Origin: Fimbriosthenelais zetlandica | Taxonomy: Eukaryota | Assembly (NCBI GenBank): GCA_977030845.1 | Contig: OZ365119.1 | Location: 11,594,001 to 11,658,000 of the forward strand | Length of the DNA stretch: 64,000 nucleotides | Direction of reading: 5' to 3' | In this document: one piece after another, positions 1 to 28,300 of the stretch | Layout of the letters: each line of letters opens with the position of its first letter | Position numbering within the stretch: position 1 is the first letter of the stretch | Position numbers and translations under genes: made by a program | Notes under the pieces: generated by a model | What the model was told of the DNA's origin: nothing | The model's input: only the letters and a program-made list of their open reading frames with translations | The model's database searches: none

Positions 1-114
1 TAAACTAGACAAAAAAAACTTGGAAGTATTTTAAGTTAGAACTAAGAAAATTGTTGGCCTCTCTAGTACAATTCGTGAACTTTATCATAGATTCGTGCGG
101 TTTATTGAGTGTTT

Positions 115-695
115 TAATGGGATACGGTACCGGTATTTTAATGGGATACGGTACCGGTATTTTAATGGGATACGGTACCGGTATTTTAATGGGATATGGT
201 ACCGGTATTTTAATGGGATACGGTACCGGTATTTAATGGGATACGGTACCGGTATTTAATGGGATAGGGTACCGGTATTTTAATGGGATACGGTACCGGT
301 ATTTTAATGGGATAGGGTACCGGTATTTTAATGGGATACGGTACCGGTATTTTAATGGGATACGGTACCGGTATTTAATGGGATACGGTACCGGTATTTT
401 AATGGGATACGGTACCGGTATTTAATGGGATACGGTACCGGTATTTTAATGGGATACGGTACCGGTATTTAATGGGATACGGTACCGGTATTTTAATGGG
501 ATACGGTACCGGTATTTTAATGGTATACGGTACCGGTATTTTAATGGTATACGGTACCGGTATTTTAATGGTATACGGTACCGGTATTTTAATGGGATAC
601 GGTACCGGTATTTTAATGGGATACGGTACCGGTATTTTAATGGTATACGGTACCGGTATTTTAATGGTATACGGTACCGGTATTTTAATGGGATA
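115..695. repeat. 24-bp minisatellite (TTTTAATGGGATACGGTACCGGTA)n, about 24 copies
   Basis: Read directly. The unit contains a near-palindrome (ATACGGTACCGGTAT). Variants lack one T or carry GGG>GGT. The MGYGTGIL-repeat ORFs come from this array. Confidence 0.95.
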
Positions 696-879
696 GAGTA
701 CCGGTGTTGGTATAGTTGTTAAAACAGTCGCCTTGTGACTTGCAGACCGCCGTCTTGCTGCTGCGTATTGACGATATCGTCTCCGGCACAAAGAAAGCTG
801 GCGGTGACGCCTCGGCCCCGGCCGGCCCGCCCCAACCCGAGTAAAACACCATCTCTACATGAACCAGGGTTTAACACGA

Positions 880-895
880 CCACCAGGTGGCAGCA
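880..895 (+). promoter_or_regulatory. CTCF-type motif CCACCAGGTGGCAGCA
   Basis: Matches the bilaterian CTCF core consensus CCASYAGRKGGCRS. Lies in a GC/CpG-rich patch about 940 bp upstream of the ATPase ATG. Binding is not shown. Confidence 0.45.
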
Positions 896-1739
896 TGGTA
901 GTCAGATGTCATGGTACATTATAACCTAGTACATCCAACGCTCACCGCGCGCGCCACCCATCAATTATACACTTTATTTATAATCTGAAAATCAATTATT
1001 TCATATTTAGTTTCCTCCCCGCAGTGTCTCCGTTATATTTAAAATTTAATCCCGAGAAAAGAAATCCTGTTCAACCGCGTCTACTGGAGTCCGAATAAAA
1101 TATCCTTAGATGAATTCTCCTGCCTATTACAAGAGTGGAATGTGTTGGCAATTGAGCAGGAATTATTTTTCTCAGTAGAGAAGTGAGCTACTCTGATTTG
1201 CTCGTGGTCTTTGATAATGCTGGATGGAATGACGCCCTGGACGATTTATCATTCACAACTCAATGTGCTTTATTTTTTGTACTTTGCCCTAAATAAACTA
1301 TTACAGCTTTTCCAAAATATATATCTGGCTTCTTATTTTGTGTCTTTTGTGGGTTGAAATGGACAATTAATAAATGCCTGGATTTGATTGGAGGAAAAAG
1401 CATCGTCAGCAAAACAGATTCTTTAACTTATATATAGATCTTTATAGTGTAGGCCTAGGCTACTAGACGGAACTACTATAGTCAGTGTAAGCAGTATACT
1501 GAAATGGGGGAATGGTTCAGGCAGTGCGCTAGGCCTACCATACGTGGGGTAGTAGTACATTATAAAGGCCTAAATAACAGGCCTTACTTTGTGTTTATCA
1601 TTGTTTTTAGTATAAGCACGAGATATCCTTTGATATGTATAGATCTGATAATAAATCAGTTGCATTAGAATTAAAGTTTATGCACTTTGAAGCTAACTCG
1701 ATCACTTTTCCTGCAGGAATGAGGCGCTCCTGGGGTCGA

Positions 1740-1821
1740 TGACGTCACGATGATTGACAGGCTGAGCAGCTCGCCCCGGCTCCCCGTGACGTCACGCGCC
1801 AAGCTCCACCCTATTTCCAAG

Positions 1822-1830
<9 letters not shown>
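1740..1830 (+). promoter_or_regulatory. Putative core promoter of Na/K-ATPase exon 1a: two perfect CRE palindromes plus a YY1-type motif over the ATG
   Basis: TGACGTCA at 1740-1747 and 1787-1794. CAAGATGGCG at 1818-1827. Local GC enrichment. Confidence 0.55.
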
Positions 1831-17414
<15,584 letters not shown>

Positions 17415-17822
17415 GCCTTGGTTCCCGCTTGTGTGACTCGCTGCCCCGACCTCACACACCCACCCACCTCAACCTCCAGCACGCTGCGCTGCTCCTCTTC
17501 CCCTACAGTAATAACCTGCGCAGTATCTACCACTTCCATCGTCTGACGGGCCTAGCCGATGCTACGGGCGGCACCACCGTGGTCTGGCTGTGTATCGTGG
17601 TGATCGGCGACTGGCCCAGTAAGGGTGAAGCTGGTCTATCTACCGTCATCCTAGTCAGCTTCTTCCTACATAATCACTTTGCTTGTAGTTCTAATAATAA
17701 ATATCTATGTCGGTCTATACCCGTGCGATGAACATCTGGCCGGAATTAGGTGTAATTATATATGAAGTGACCTCCTGTATAAAGGGGCGCATTCAGGCCA
17801 TTCTCCACGCGATATCAGCTAC

Positions 17823-17930
17823 AAACTATACTTCACAGCCAATGCTTGTCATTTTAACAGTCATTTACCCCTAGTTGAGGCTAACTACTGACAAAATGAC
17901 AAGCATTGCGTGTGATTAGAAGTATAGTTT
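17823..17930. repeat. Inverted repeat / small MITE-like hairpin 3' of the ATPase stop
   Basis: AAACTATACTTC...CAATGCTTGTCATTTT pairs with AAAATGACAAGCATTG...GAAGTATAGTTT. Confidence 0.75.
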
Positions 17931-18669
17931 GGCGCAGCTAAGGCTTGGAGGATGGTCTCTATGTGAGCCAGTCTTAATGATAGCTGAATACTGTGGGTCT
18001 ACATCTACAGCTTTAGTCTGTAGGTATCAGGGCTGAAGGCATTTATTTGTATTAATCTCAGTAAGAAATGTGATAAGTCAGTGAGTGGGTGATTGTACCC
18101 ACTATAACGCCTGTACGTGTATAAGCTATATTACCACTTCACACTCAAATATCCCTGCACATTGTTAACACGGGGACAAAATCAGTTAAAGCGAAAATGA
18201 TTTAAAACAAAGCAGTTTCTGTAAGGTTGGAGTGTGCAGTATGGCGTTGTTAGGTGAGATGGGTGGAGAGCACGGTATCGACCCGGGCTCCACACTACAA
18301 TGATAATATGGTGAATCACTGTAGTCACTCGCACCGCTATCCCATCATAATAACCGATGTCACTAGATGAAACAACACAAAACATGGCACAATCAACCCA
18401 ACATTGATAAACCACTCTCCACCCACCATTTTATATGAAGGTGACATCATTTAGACTGTTGTAAAACACCAATATTTGGATGTTTAATCTCGTTGGTCGT
18501 TTGACCTGTTGTGTTTTTTGCATTTTACAGAGCAATAGATCTCTCTCTCTCTCTGGTTGGAGTGATACTCAGTTAGGCTGGTGGTCTATACGCTTGTTAG
18601 ATTTCTCGGGGCATCAGGTACTCCGGTACTTGTGGGACTTGTGATTGTCACAAGATAAAAGCTGATATA

Positions 18670-18887
18670 AGCCTGGCACACACTAATCCCATTCTCCAAA
18701 CCATCGCCTACCAATGATTAAAAATGTCTCAATGGTTAGCCTTTACTAGGTGTAAAGGTCTGTTCAATGGTTAGCCTTTACTAGGTGTAAAGGTCTGTTC
18801 AAATTACATTTTGTGAGAATAGAAATATAGGTTTGGACAGTTATCGGATGGAATCAGATGGAGAATCGGATTAGTGTATTCCAGGCT
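18670..18887. mobile_element. MITE family A, copy 1 (with an internal 35-bp duplication)
   Basis: About 28-bp TIRs: AGCCTGGCACACACTAATCCCATTCTCC / GGAGAATCGGATTAGTGTATTCCAGGCT. Shared internal core AATGGTTAGCC...TCAAATTAC...GAAATATAG...TATCGGATGG. Confidence 0.8.
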
Positions 18888-19266
18888 ATAAACTGGTAGT
18901 AAATTTAGACAAATTTTGACTAGAATTTTGGATATTATCTCATTTTTTGGATTACTTGTATCATGTTGATAGACGAATTGTTGTGTATCATACTTCAGAC
19001 CCCATCTTCTACACACCCCCTACCACCCGCACCACTACCCCACCACCCCCTACCACCACCCCCCACCACCCCCCATAGAGGAGAACCCCCCTGTTCCTCA
19101 TATATTCATATCACTGTGAGGATCTGTATATTGGAGGACGACCCAGTATTTTAATGTTAATGGCGGGCCTTAAGACAAGTTAGACAAGTTAGTGGATATT
19201 GACAATGTTTGATACATTCACAGCAGGGAATGCACACTGGCTCTGTTAGCGAGCCTTACATTCTTA

Positions 19267-19471
19267 AGCCTGGAATACAATAATCCGATTCTCCAATCCG
19301 TCGCCATCCGATACCCTATTTCAATCTCAAGATTGAAATTTTGTCAATGGTTAGCCCTACCTAAGCGTAAAGGACTTTTCAAATTACAAGCATTTCTTGT
19401 GAATAGAAATACAGTTTTGGGCATCTATCGGATGGCTCCGGATAGAGAATCGGATTAGTGTGTTCCTGGCT
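19267..19471. mobile_element. MITE family A, copy 2
   Basis: TIRs AGCCTGGAATACAATAATCCGATTCTC / GAGAATCGGATTAGTGTGTTCCTGGCT, with the same core as copy 1. Confidence 0.8.
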
Positions 19472-22346
19472 TTACTGGGTTAGAATCAATGACGTCACAT
19501 CAGGTCGACTGCCTTCTGGTAGATCACCAGTCAAATCTTAGGCCAATTGAATGAGTTTTAAAGAAAGAAAGACTTGGACGACAACTTGTGATAGAATGGT
19601 CAGGGAAACTGATACTAAAGTGAGAGAATTCACACACAAAATGCATGCAAAACTAGTACACTGTGTAGCCGGCCCAGGTTTGATAATAACATAGAGTCAA
19701 TGTTTGTTATGACTCGTCTATGCCGGTCAGTCTCATGCTATTTCCCTCACGTTTAACCTAACTTCCGTGTAACCAGCTATAATAAAGAGACCGCTGGACA
19801 TATATAAACCTTCATTTACTTACTACTCCATGTTGCTATTGAACTTCAAATAAGAAACATTCCACATTTGCTATCTGGAATTTTTTCCTTCGACTTTTAT
19901 CCACGTATCTTACATAATTTATTTATTTATCCATATATCTAAGTCTTTGTAAGGTTGTTTTTATTTTTGGTCACAAACCGAAGCCAAACGAGTCACACAT
20001 GAAGTGTCTGTGAGTGAGGTTGAGCTAGTCTATGGTTGACAAGTTTTGCTTGTTGTCTTTTACTGAACCATCTCTGATATTATATTGTTTATTACAGTCA
20101 TTTGTTCCGGCTATACATTCACCTGGTCATGCTAGTTACTGTATGTTGTTAAAGTCTGATGCAGATCGTTGTACATGACCGTATCTTCCTTCAATATTTA
20201 TGATTTATCAGAATGTTTGTATAAAGTACTGCGGCGTTGACTCCCCGGATGTTGACGGTGGAGCGTTCTCTCCCCCCACACACCCTGTACTCACCCATCA
20301 CTTTCAAATATTCCTCTACTACTCATTGATTATCCAGAATAAATTTATAAATCTTAAAAACCGAGTAGAGAATCACTGCGTGTGTGAGTGAATGAATGTG
20401 GTATAGGTGGATAGAGTACATTATAACTGGTGTAAATCTAGCCACTCCCCCGTACTTATTATAATCCCAACTACATTTCACCCACAGGGTCAGTTCATGT
20501 AGTTGGATATTTTAAAAAGAAGAAAGAATATAAAAATATATGGAAAATAATAGAGAAAGAAACGAAATCAAAGGGGTTAGATGGCATGAGGAATGCTGAG
20601 ATAATCTATATTTACATATAGAAGTTGTCAACCTTCAATCATGATATAAGTTATAAAGTCCTTGTATTCACCTTTGACATCAATATACTAAATTCCTCTA
20701 TTATCTTATCTACCTTAAGATGATAAAAGTTGCCTACTTAATCAATGGTAACGATTATGTTGATGTAGACATGTGAATTATCTCAGTCAATGTTCTAATC
20801 TCATCTCACAACGCGTCTACTGAAAGTGCTGCCTCATGCTTGACTAATGTTGACTAATGTTGACTAATGTTGACAAGCTCATTGATCTGTGAACATATTA
20901 CAGTTCAAAGGTGTGGTTATTAGAGACTGTCTGCAGGATTCAACACTTTATTTCGGATGACAGGGATCCATAGTACATAAGAGAAAACACACAGCAGCTT
21001 AAAAAAACAACAGCACCGATATACAAAAGAAAGAAGCACATAAATGATGAATACGTTTGTAGGTCTAAGGTCTTAGGTCTTTTGTAGAACTTTTAACCCC
21101 ATTATATCAAAGTCCTTATTCAACTCATATGTAAGACTTTCTATATTATAGTACAAGTACAATTGTGTATTCACTGGGCAATGTTTTGCAACGTTGGCTT
21201 AATGTTAATGTCTCTAGATATCTCAATCAATGCTGCAGTACTTTAGTCTATAGTAGACCTTCTGATACAATGTACTGAGAGAAGCTTAGGCTACTTTAAT
21301 TGTCACTAATTTATCTAAATTTATTTGAAAATTGACGATGTGGCCTTGTTCTGAATATGTTAGGATGATCCCAGTGTGCGAGCTTGCACTCCATTTTGAT
21401 AACTTTAGGGACTTTGGTCCTTGCACGCTATCACACCGCAACCGTGCACGTGTATACGTTACATCAGCATCTTTACTATTCAATAGTTGATTATTCATAG
21501 AATGTTAGTGCTAAAAGAGGACCACCAATATACTGTATGTTTGGTATACATGTATTGATGATGAAAGGAAGCTTATCTTCCGTCTTATCTCGCTCAAGGC
21601 CGGGAGATCTGTTTTTAACGACTTGACCATGACTTGCTTAAACACCTACCATTGTTACGTCGAAATCAATCATTTTTTTCATCCTGATTTTTCTTCTCTA
21701 ATGTTCCTACTCGTGATGCACTGACCCCATAGGGCTATTAGGTCATTACAGTTATCTTTTTCACGAGAATACATCAATAATTGAAAGGCTGGCAGCAAGC
21801 TTGTATTTACTAATCTCTCCAGCATTGACTGCTTGTAGGAGGTACTGAGATAAGAATCAGGTGACATTAACAGGTGGATCATAATTTATTATATCAAGCG
21901 ACATACTCACATATCTACAACACAAAGTCTCTCAACTTTATCTACATCACAACGTCTCCCAGCAAGGTGAAGACATAATCTCACCATCAAGTAAGTAACT
22001 GTAGTTACTAAACTATCTCCAAGCAGGCTTATATTACAGTATATCATCAATATGGAAGATTAGTTTGTGTGAGAGCATCCTGTATCAGCTCTCCTAGTTT
22101 TGGCCCACTCTTTAAATCCTCGCCAAATTTGAAACTTGTATATGAATATGGGGCAGGTGTTATGTAAGGTGTTCCTCCCTGTCCCTCAAGGCTCCTATGT
22201 CTTTTACCTTACATATATTATTCCGTGGTATTACATACGACCTTTCCCATCTGAGCCTTTAGATTAAGCAGTGTTCTCATATTTTGGCAGCCGGTACAAT
22301 AATAAAGGGAACCTAAACTATTTTGTTCTCCTCAGTCATATAAAAC

Positions 22347-25300
22347 ATGGCGGCCATCTTGGTCTGCACCTTGGCGGCCATCTTGGTTTCATCTTTCCAT
22401 GGTGAAGCTTCCATCATCTCAGGGGATGACGTCAAAGCAGGAAAAGGTGCTGCAGTAAGTGCAACTCATGTACATTCGTCTTTAATCTTAATTTTTGTTA
22501 ATACCCTACTATGGCATTTTGCACCTTTTATCGCTTACTGGTTAGAACCTGACAATGCCCAGGTTGACAAGTTTGATTGGCTGTTTGTGCCAATTTCAAG
22601 TGACTTTGATGGGATAGCTTTCCTGTGCGCCAGTCACAAATAGCGATAACCAAGCCGGGCAGTCACAAACAGCGATAACGAAGGTCCTGTGACCGGCTGA
22701 AAAGTATAGTTGTAGCAAGTTGTAGACGAAAGCGTGCTGCCATACCGGGAATCGAGCCCAGGACCTCTCACATTGGAAGCGAGTGTTCTAACCACTATAC
22801 CATCCTGACTCACACTTTCTCATTGCTACCCAGATCACCAGACAAGTAAGAGCATAGATGTGAAGGCACTCAAACTAGGGAGGTGGGTCGGGGTGCGAGG
22901 TTAGGATAAAACTAGGTTATGTGGGCGGGTGGGTAGGTGGGTGGGGAAGCTTAGTATGGCCACCAAAGGAAATGAACATGGTCGAGTATAGGCTAATACC
23001 AATTAAAGTGAACTCTGCAGGGAGACAAAAATAGTAGTTTCTTACCATTTTTGATTGGTAAACAGTGTCGGGTATTAACGGGATCAATGACCTCGCCTGG
23101 ATTGGCTCGGCAGGTTAGAGAAAAGCTATTGACTTCGGGCCTGACGGCCCTCAGTCATAGCTTTTCTCTAACCTGCCTCGCCAATCCAGGCGAGGTCATT
23201 AATCCCTAATTATAAAACATCAATATTTTAACACTTTGACAAACCAATTATCAATCATCGAATTCTCTTATCATTTTCTCCTCAGTTTAAAGCAGTGAGT
23301 GATGAAGGTTGTGGAGTGACTAAGACATGTTTCCACCGTCCAGACGACTGTTCTTTACCTCAATGTGATTACTTTATCTCCTGGATGACTAATGGAGATT
23401 ACATCGACTTTGAAGTTACCGGCAAAGTGGACGAGCAGGAATACATTGCTGTGGGCTTTTCAGATGATGGGGCAATGGTGGGTAGCCTTTGAGATTATTG
23501 TGATGCACTCAATCTTGTTTAACATTTCATGAAGTTTTGAACTCACCTTATTTGTTTTTTGTAGTTCTCTGCAGCTACTGTGAATTGTATGCAAGCTTCC
23601 CAAGACACCAGCATGACAATAGTGACGGCTGTGAATGCTGCTATAGGGACGAGGGACAACACTTTCTTAACACCAGTAAGTTGAACTGTTACTTGATGAA
23701 ATATCAAGGATTCTCTGGGAGATCTAGAGTGTTTTAACATCACTTTATTATTGCAGAGTGGACTTGGACTTGACAGAGAGAAATCCGAAGGAGAGAAAGC
23801 AGATGGCCATCTGTCATGTCGGTTCTCCCTCGTTAGATCTGCAGATTTGATCTCTGGAGAGAACAGTGAAGATGCTAAACATTTAGCAGACTTTGACAAC
23901 AATCGTTACCATCCCATCATGGCCAAGGGCGAGTTGGAAAGTAATGGTAAGTACGATTGGGGCATAAGAAGATAAAAAATACTTTGACTGTTTCTTAATA
24001 GTAATATGTTTTGATTTATTATTTGAGTTATTCAATTATTCTCGTTCTAATATTCCTAGGACATTTGCGATATCATGACGATCGTTTTGGAAGTTCAGAG
24101 TCTGTGGATTTCACTGAAGGCATCAAATCAGACATGAGTTCCTTTGCTCAGTTTAAACCAGTGAGTGATGAAGGTTGTGGAGTGACTAAGACATGTTTCC
24201 ACCGTCCAGACGACTGTTCTTTACCTCAATGTGATTACTTTATCTCCTGGACGACTAATGGAGATTACATCGACTTTGAAGTTAGCGGAAAAGTGGAGGA
24301 GCAGGAATACATTGCTGTGGGCTTTTCAGATGATGGGGCAATGGTGGGTACACTTTGATACCATTGTGATGAACTGAATGTTGTTCAGCATTTCCTAAAT
24401 GTTCTAGCTCACCCTATTTGTGTTTTGTAGTTCTCTGCAGCTACTGTGAATTGTATGCAAGGTTCCCAAGACACCAGCCTGACAATAGTGACGGCTGTGA
24501 ATGCTGCTATAGGGACGAGGGACAACACTTTCTTAACACCAGTAAGTTGAACTGTTACTTGGTGAAATATCAAGGATTCTCTGAGAGATCTAGAGTGTTT
24601 CAACATCACTTTATTATTACAGAGTGGACTTGGACTTGACAGAGAGAAATCAGAAGGGGAGAAAGCAGATGGCCATCTGTCATGTCGGTTCTCCCTCGTT
24701 AGATCTGCAGATTTGATCTCTGGAGAGAACAGTGAAGATGCTAAACATTTAGCAGACTTTGACAACAATCGTTACCATCCCATCATGGCCAAGGGAGAGT
24801 TGGAAAGCAATGGTAAGTAATAATGGAACACTAGAAAATACGAAATATTTTGACACTTCCATAACAGTAATAAGTTTTGAGTTAATATTTGAGCTATTCA
24901 ATTCTTCTTTCTCAACTATTTCTAGGACATTTGCGATATCATGACGATCGTTTTGGAAGTTCAGAGTCTGTGGATTTCACTGATGGCATCAAATCAGACA
25001 TGAGTTCCTTTGCTAAGTTTAAACCAGTGAGTGATGAAGGTTGTGGAGTGACTAAGACATGTTTCCACCGTCCAGACGACTGTTCTTTACCTCAATGTGA
25101 TTACTTTATCTCCTGGACGACTAATGGAGATTACATCGACTTTGAAGTTAGCGGAAAAGTGGAGGAGCAGGAATACATTGCTGTGGGCTTTTCAGATGAT
25201 GGGGCAATGGTGGGTAGACTTTGATACCATTGTGATGAACTGAATGTTGTTCAGCATTTCCTAAATGTTCTAGCTCACCCTATTTGTGTTTTGTAGTTCT

Positions 25301-28300
25301 CTGCAGCTACTGTGAATTGTATGCAAGCTTCCCAAGACACCAGCATGACAATAGTGACGGCTGTGAATGCTGCTATAGGGACGAGGGACAACACTTTCTT
25401 AACACCAGTAAGTTGAACTGTTACTTGGTGAAATATCAAGGATTCTCTGGGAGATCTAGAGTGTTTTAACATCACTTTATTATTGCAGAGTGGACTTGGA
25501 CTTGACAGAGAGAAATCCGAAGGAGAGAAAGCAGATGGCCAACTGTCATGTCGGTTCTCCCTCGTTAGATCTGCAGATTTGATCTCTGGAGAGAACAGTG
25601 AAGATGCTAAACATTTAGCAGACTTTGACAACAATCGTTACCATCCCATCATGGCCAAGGGCGAGTTGGAAAGTAATGGTAAGTACGATTGGGGCATAAG
25701 AAGATAAAAAATACTTTGACTGTTTCTTAATAGTAATATGTTTTGATTTATTATTTGAGTTATTCAATTATTCTCGTTCTAATATTCCTAGGACATTTGC
25801 GATATCATGACGATCGTTTTGGAAGTTCAGAGTCTGTGGATTTCACTGAAGGCATCAAATCAGACATGAGTTCCTTTGCTCAGTTTAAACCTGTGAGTGA
25901 TGAAGGTTGTGGAGTGACTAAGACATGTTTCCACCGTCCAGACGACTGTTCTTTACCTCAATGTGATTACTTTATCTCCTGGACGACTAATGGAGATTAC
26001 ATCGACTTTGAAGTTAGCGGAAAAGTGGACGAGCAGGAATACATTGCTGTGGGCTTTTCAGATGATGGGGCAATGGTGGGTAGCCTTTGAGATTATTGTG
26101 ATTCACTCAATCTTGTTTAGCATTTCATGAAGTTTTGAACTCACCTTATTTGTGTTTTGTAGTTCTCTGCAGCTACTGTGAATTGTATGCAAGCTTCCCA
26201 AGACACCAGCATGACAATAGTGACGGCTGTGAATGCTGCTATAGGGACGAGGGACAACACTTTCTTAACACCAGTAAGTTGAACTGTTACTTGGTGAAAT
26301 ATCAAGGATTCTCTGGGAGATCTAGGGTGTTTCAACATCACTTTATTATTACAGAGTGGACTTGGACTTGACAGAGAGAAATCAGAAGGAGAGAAAGCAG
26401 ATGGCCATCTGTCATGTCGGTTCTCCCTCGTTAGATCTGCAGATTTGATCTCTGGAGAGAACAGTGAAGATGCTAAACATTTAGCAGACTTTGACAACAA
26501 TCGTTACCATCCCATCATGGCCAAGGGAGAGTTGGAAAGCAATGGTAAGTAAGAATAGAACATAAGAAGTTAAAAAATATTTTGACAGTTCCATAAAAGT
26601 AGCAAGTTCTGAGTTATTATTTCAGTTATTCAAATGTTCCTTCTCAAATATTTCTAGGACATTTGCGATATCATGACGATCGTTTTGGAAGTTCAGAGTC
26701 TGTGGATTTCACTGAAGGCATCAAATCAGACATGAGTTCCTTTGCTCAGTTTAAACCAGTGAGTGATGAAGGTTGTGGAGTGACTAAGACATGTTTCCAC
26801 CGTCCAGACGACTGTTCTTTACCTCAATGTGATTACTTTATCTCCTGGACGACTAATGGAGATTACATCGACTTTGAAGTTAGCGGCAAAGTGGAGGAGC
26901 AGGAATACATTGCTGTGGGCTTTTCAGATGATGGGGCAATGGTGGGTAGCCTTTGAGTCCATTGTTATGAACTGAATGTTGTTTAGCATTTCCTGAATGT
27001 TCTAACTCACCTTATTTTTGTTTTGTAGTTCTCTGCAGCTACTGTGAATTGTATGCAAGCTTCCCAAGACACCAGCATGACAATAGTGACGGCTGTGAAT
27101 GCTGCTATAGGGACGAGGGACAACACTTTCTTAACACCAGTAAGTTGAACTGTTACTTGATGAAATATCAAGGATTCTCTGGGAGATCTAGAGTGTTTCA
27201 ACATCACTTTATTATTACAGAGTGGACTTGGACTTGACAGAGAGAAATCAGAAGGAGAGAAAGCAGATGGCCAACTGTCATGTCGGTTCTCCCTCGTTAG
27301 ATCTGCAGATTTGATCTCTGGAGATAACAGTGAAGATGCTAAACATTTAGCAGACTTTGACAACAATCGTTACCATCCCATCATGGCCAAGGGAGAGTTG
27401 GAAAGCAATGGTAAGTAAGAATAGAACATAAGAAGTTAAAAAATATTTTGACAGTTCCATAAAAGTAGCAAGTTCTGAGTTATTATTTCAGTTTTTCAAA
27501 TGTTCCTTCTCAAATATTTCTAGGACATTTGCGATATCATGACGATCGTTTTGGAAGTTCAGAGTCTGTGGATTTCACTGAAGGCATCAAATCAGACATG
27601 AGTTCCTTTGCTCAGTTTAAACCAGTGAGTGATGAAGGTTGTGGAGTGACTAAGACATGTTTCCACCGTCCAGACGACTGTTCTTTACCTCAATGTGATT
27701 ACTTTATCTCCTGGACGACTAATGGAGATTACATCGACTTTGAAGTTACCGGCAAAGTGGACGAGCAGGAATACATTGCTGTGGGCTTTTCAGATGATGG
27801 GGCAATGGTGGGTAGACTTTGAGATTATTGTGATTCACTGAATCTTGTTTAGCATTTCATGAAGTTTTGATCTCAACTTATTTGTGTTTTGTAGTTCTCT
27901 GCAGCTACTGTGAATTGTATGCAAGCTTCCCAAGACACCAGCATGACAATAGTGACGGCTGTGAATGCTGCTATAGGGACGAGGGACAACACTTTCTTAA
28001 CACCAGTAAGTTGAACTGTTACTTGATGAAATATCAAGGATTCTCTGGGAGATCTAGAGTGTTTCAACATCACTTTATTATTACAGACTGGACTTGGACT
28101 TGACAGAGAGAAATCAGAAGGAGAGAAAGCAGATGGCCAACTGTCATGTCGGTTCTCCCTCGTTAGATCTGCAGATTTGATCTCTGGAGAGAACAGTGAA
28201 GATGCTAAACATTTAGCAGACTTTGACAACAATCGTTACCATCCCATCATGGCCAAGGGAGAGTTGGAAAGTAATGGTAAGTACGATTGGGGCATAAGAA

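Noticed and set aside
51-791. ORFs MGYGTGIL-repeat and YPIKIPV-repeat
   Set aside because: Translation products of the 24-bp minisatellite, with no coding evidence.
19500-22300. Short ORFs between the ATPase and the reductase gene
   Set aside because: No recognisable domains or consistent exon chain. An upstream non-coding exon of the reductase (acceptor at 22335) probably lies here but could not be located.
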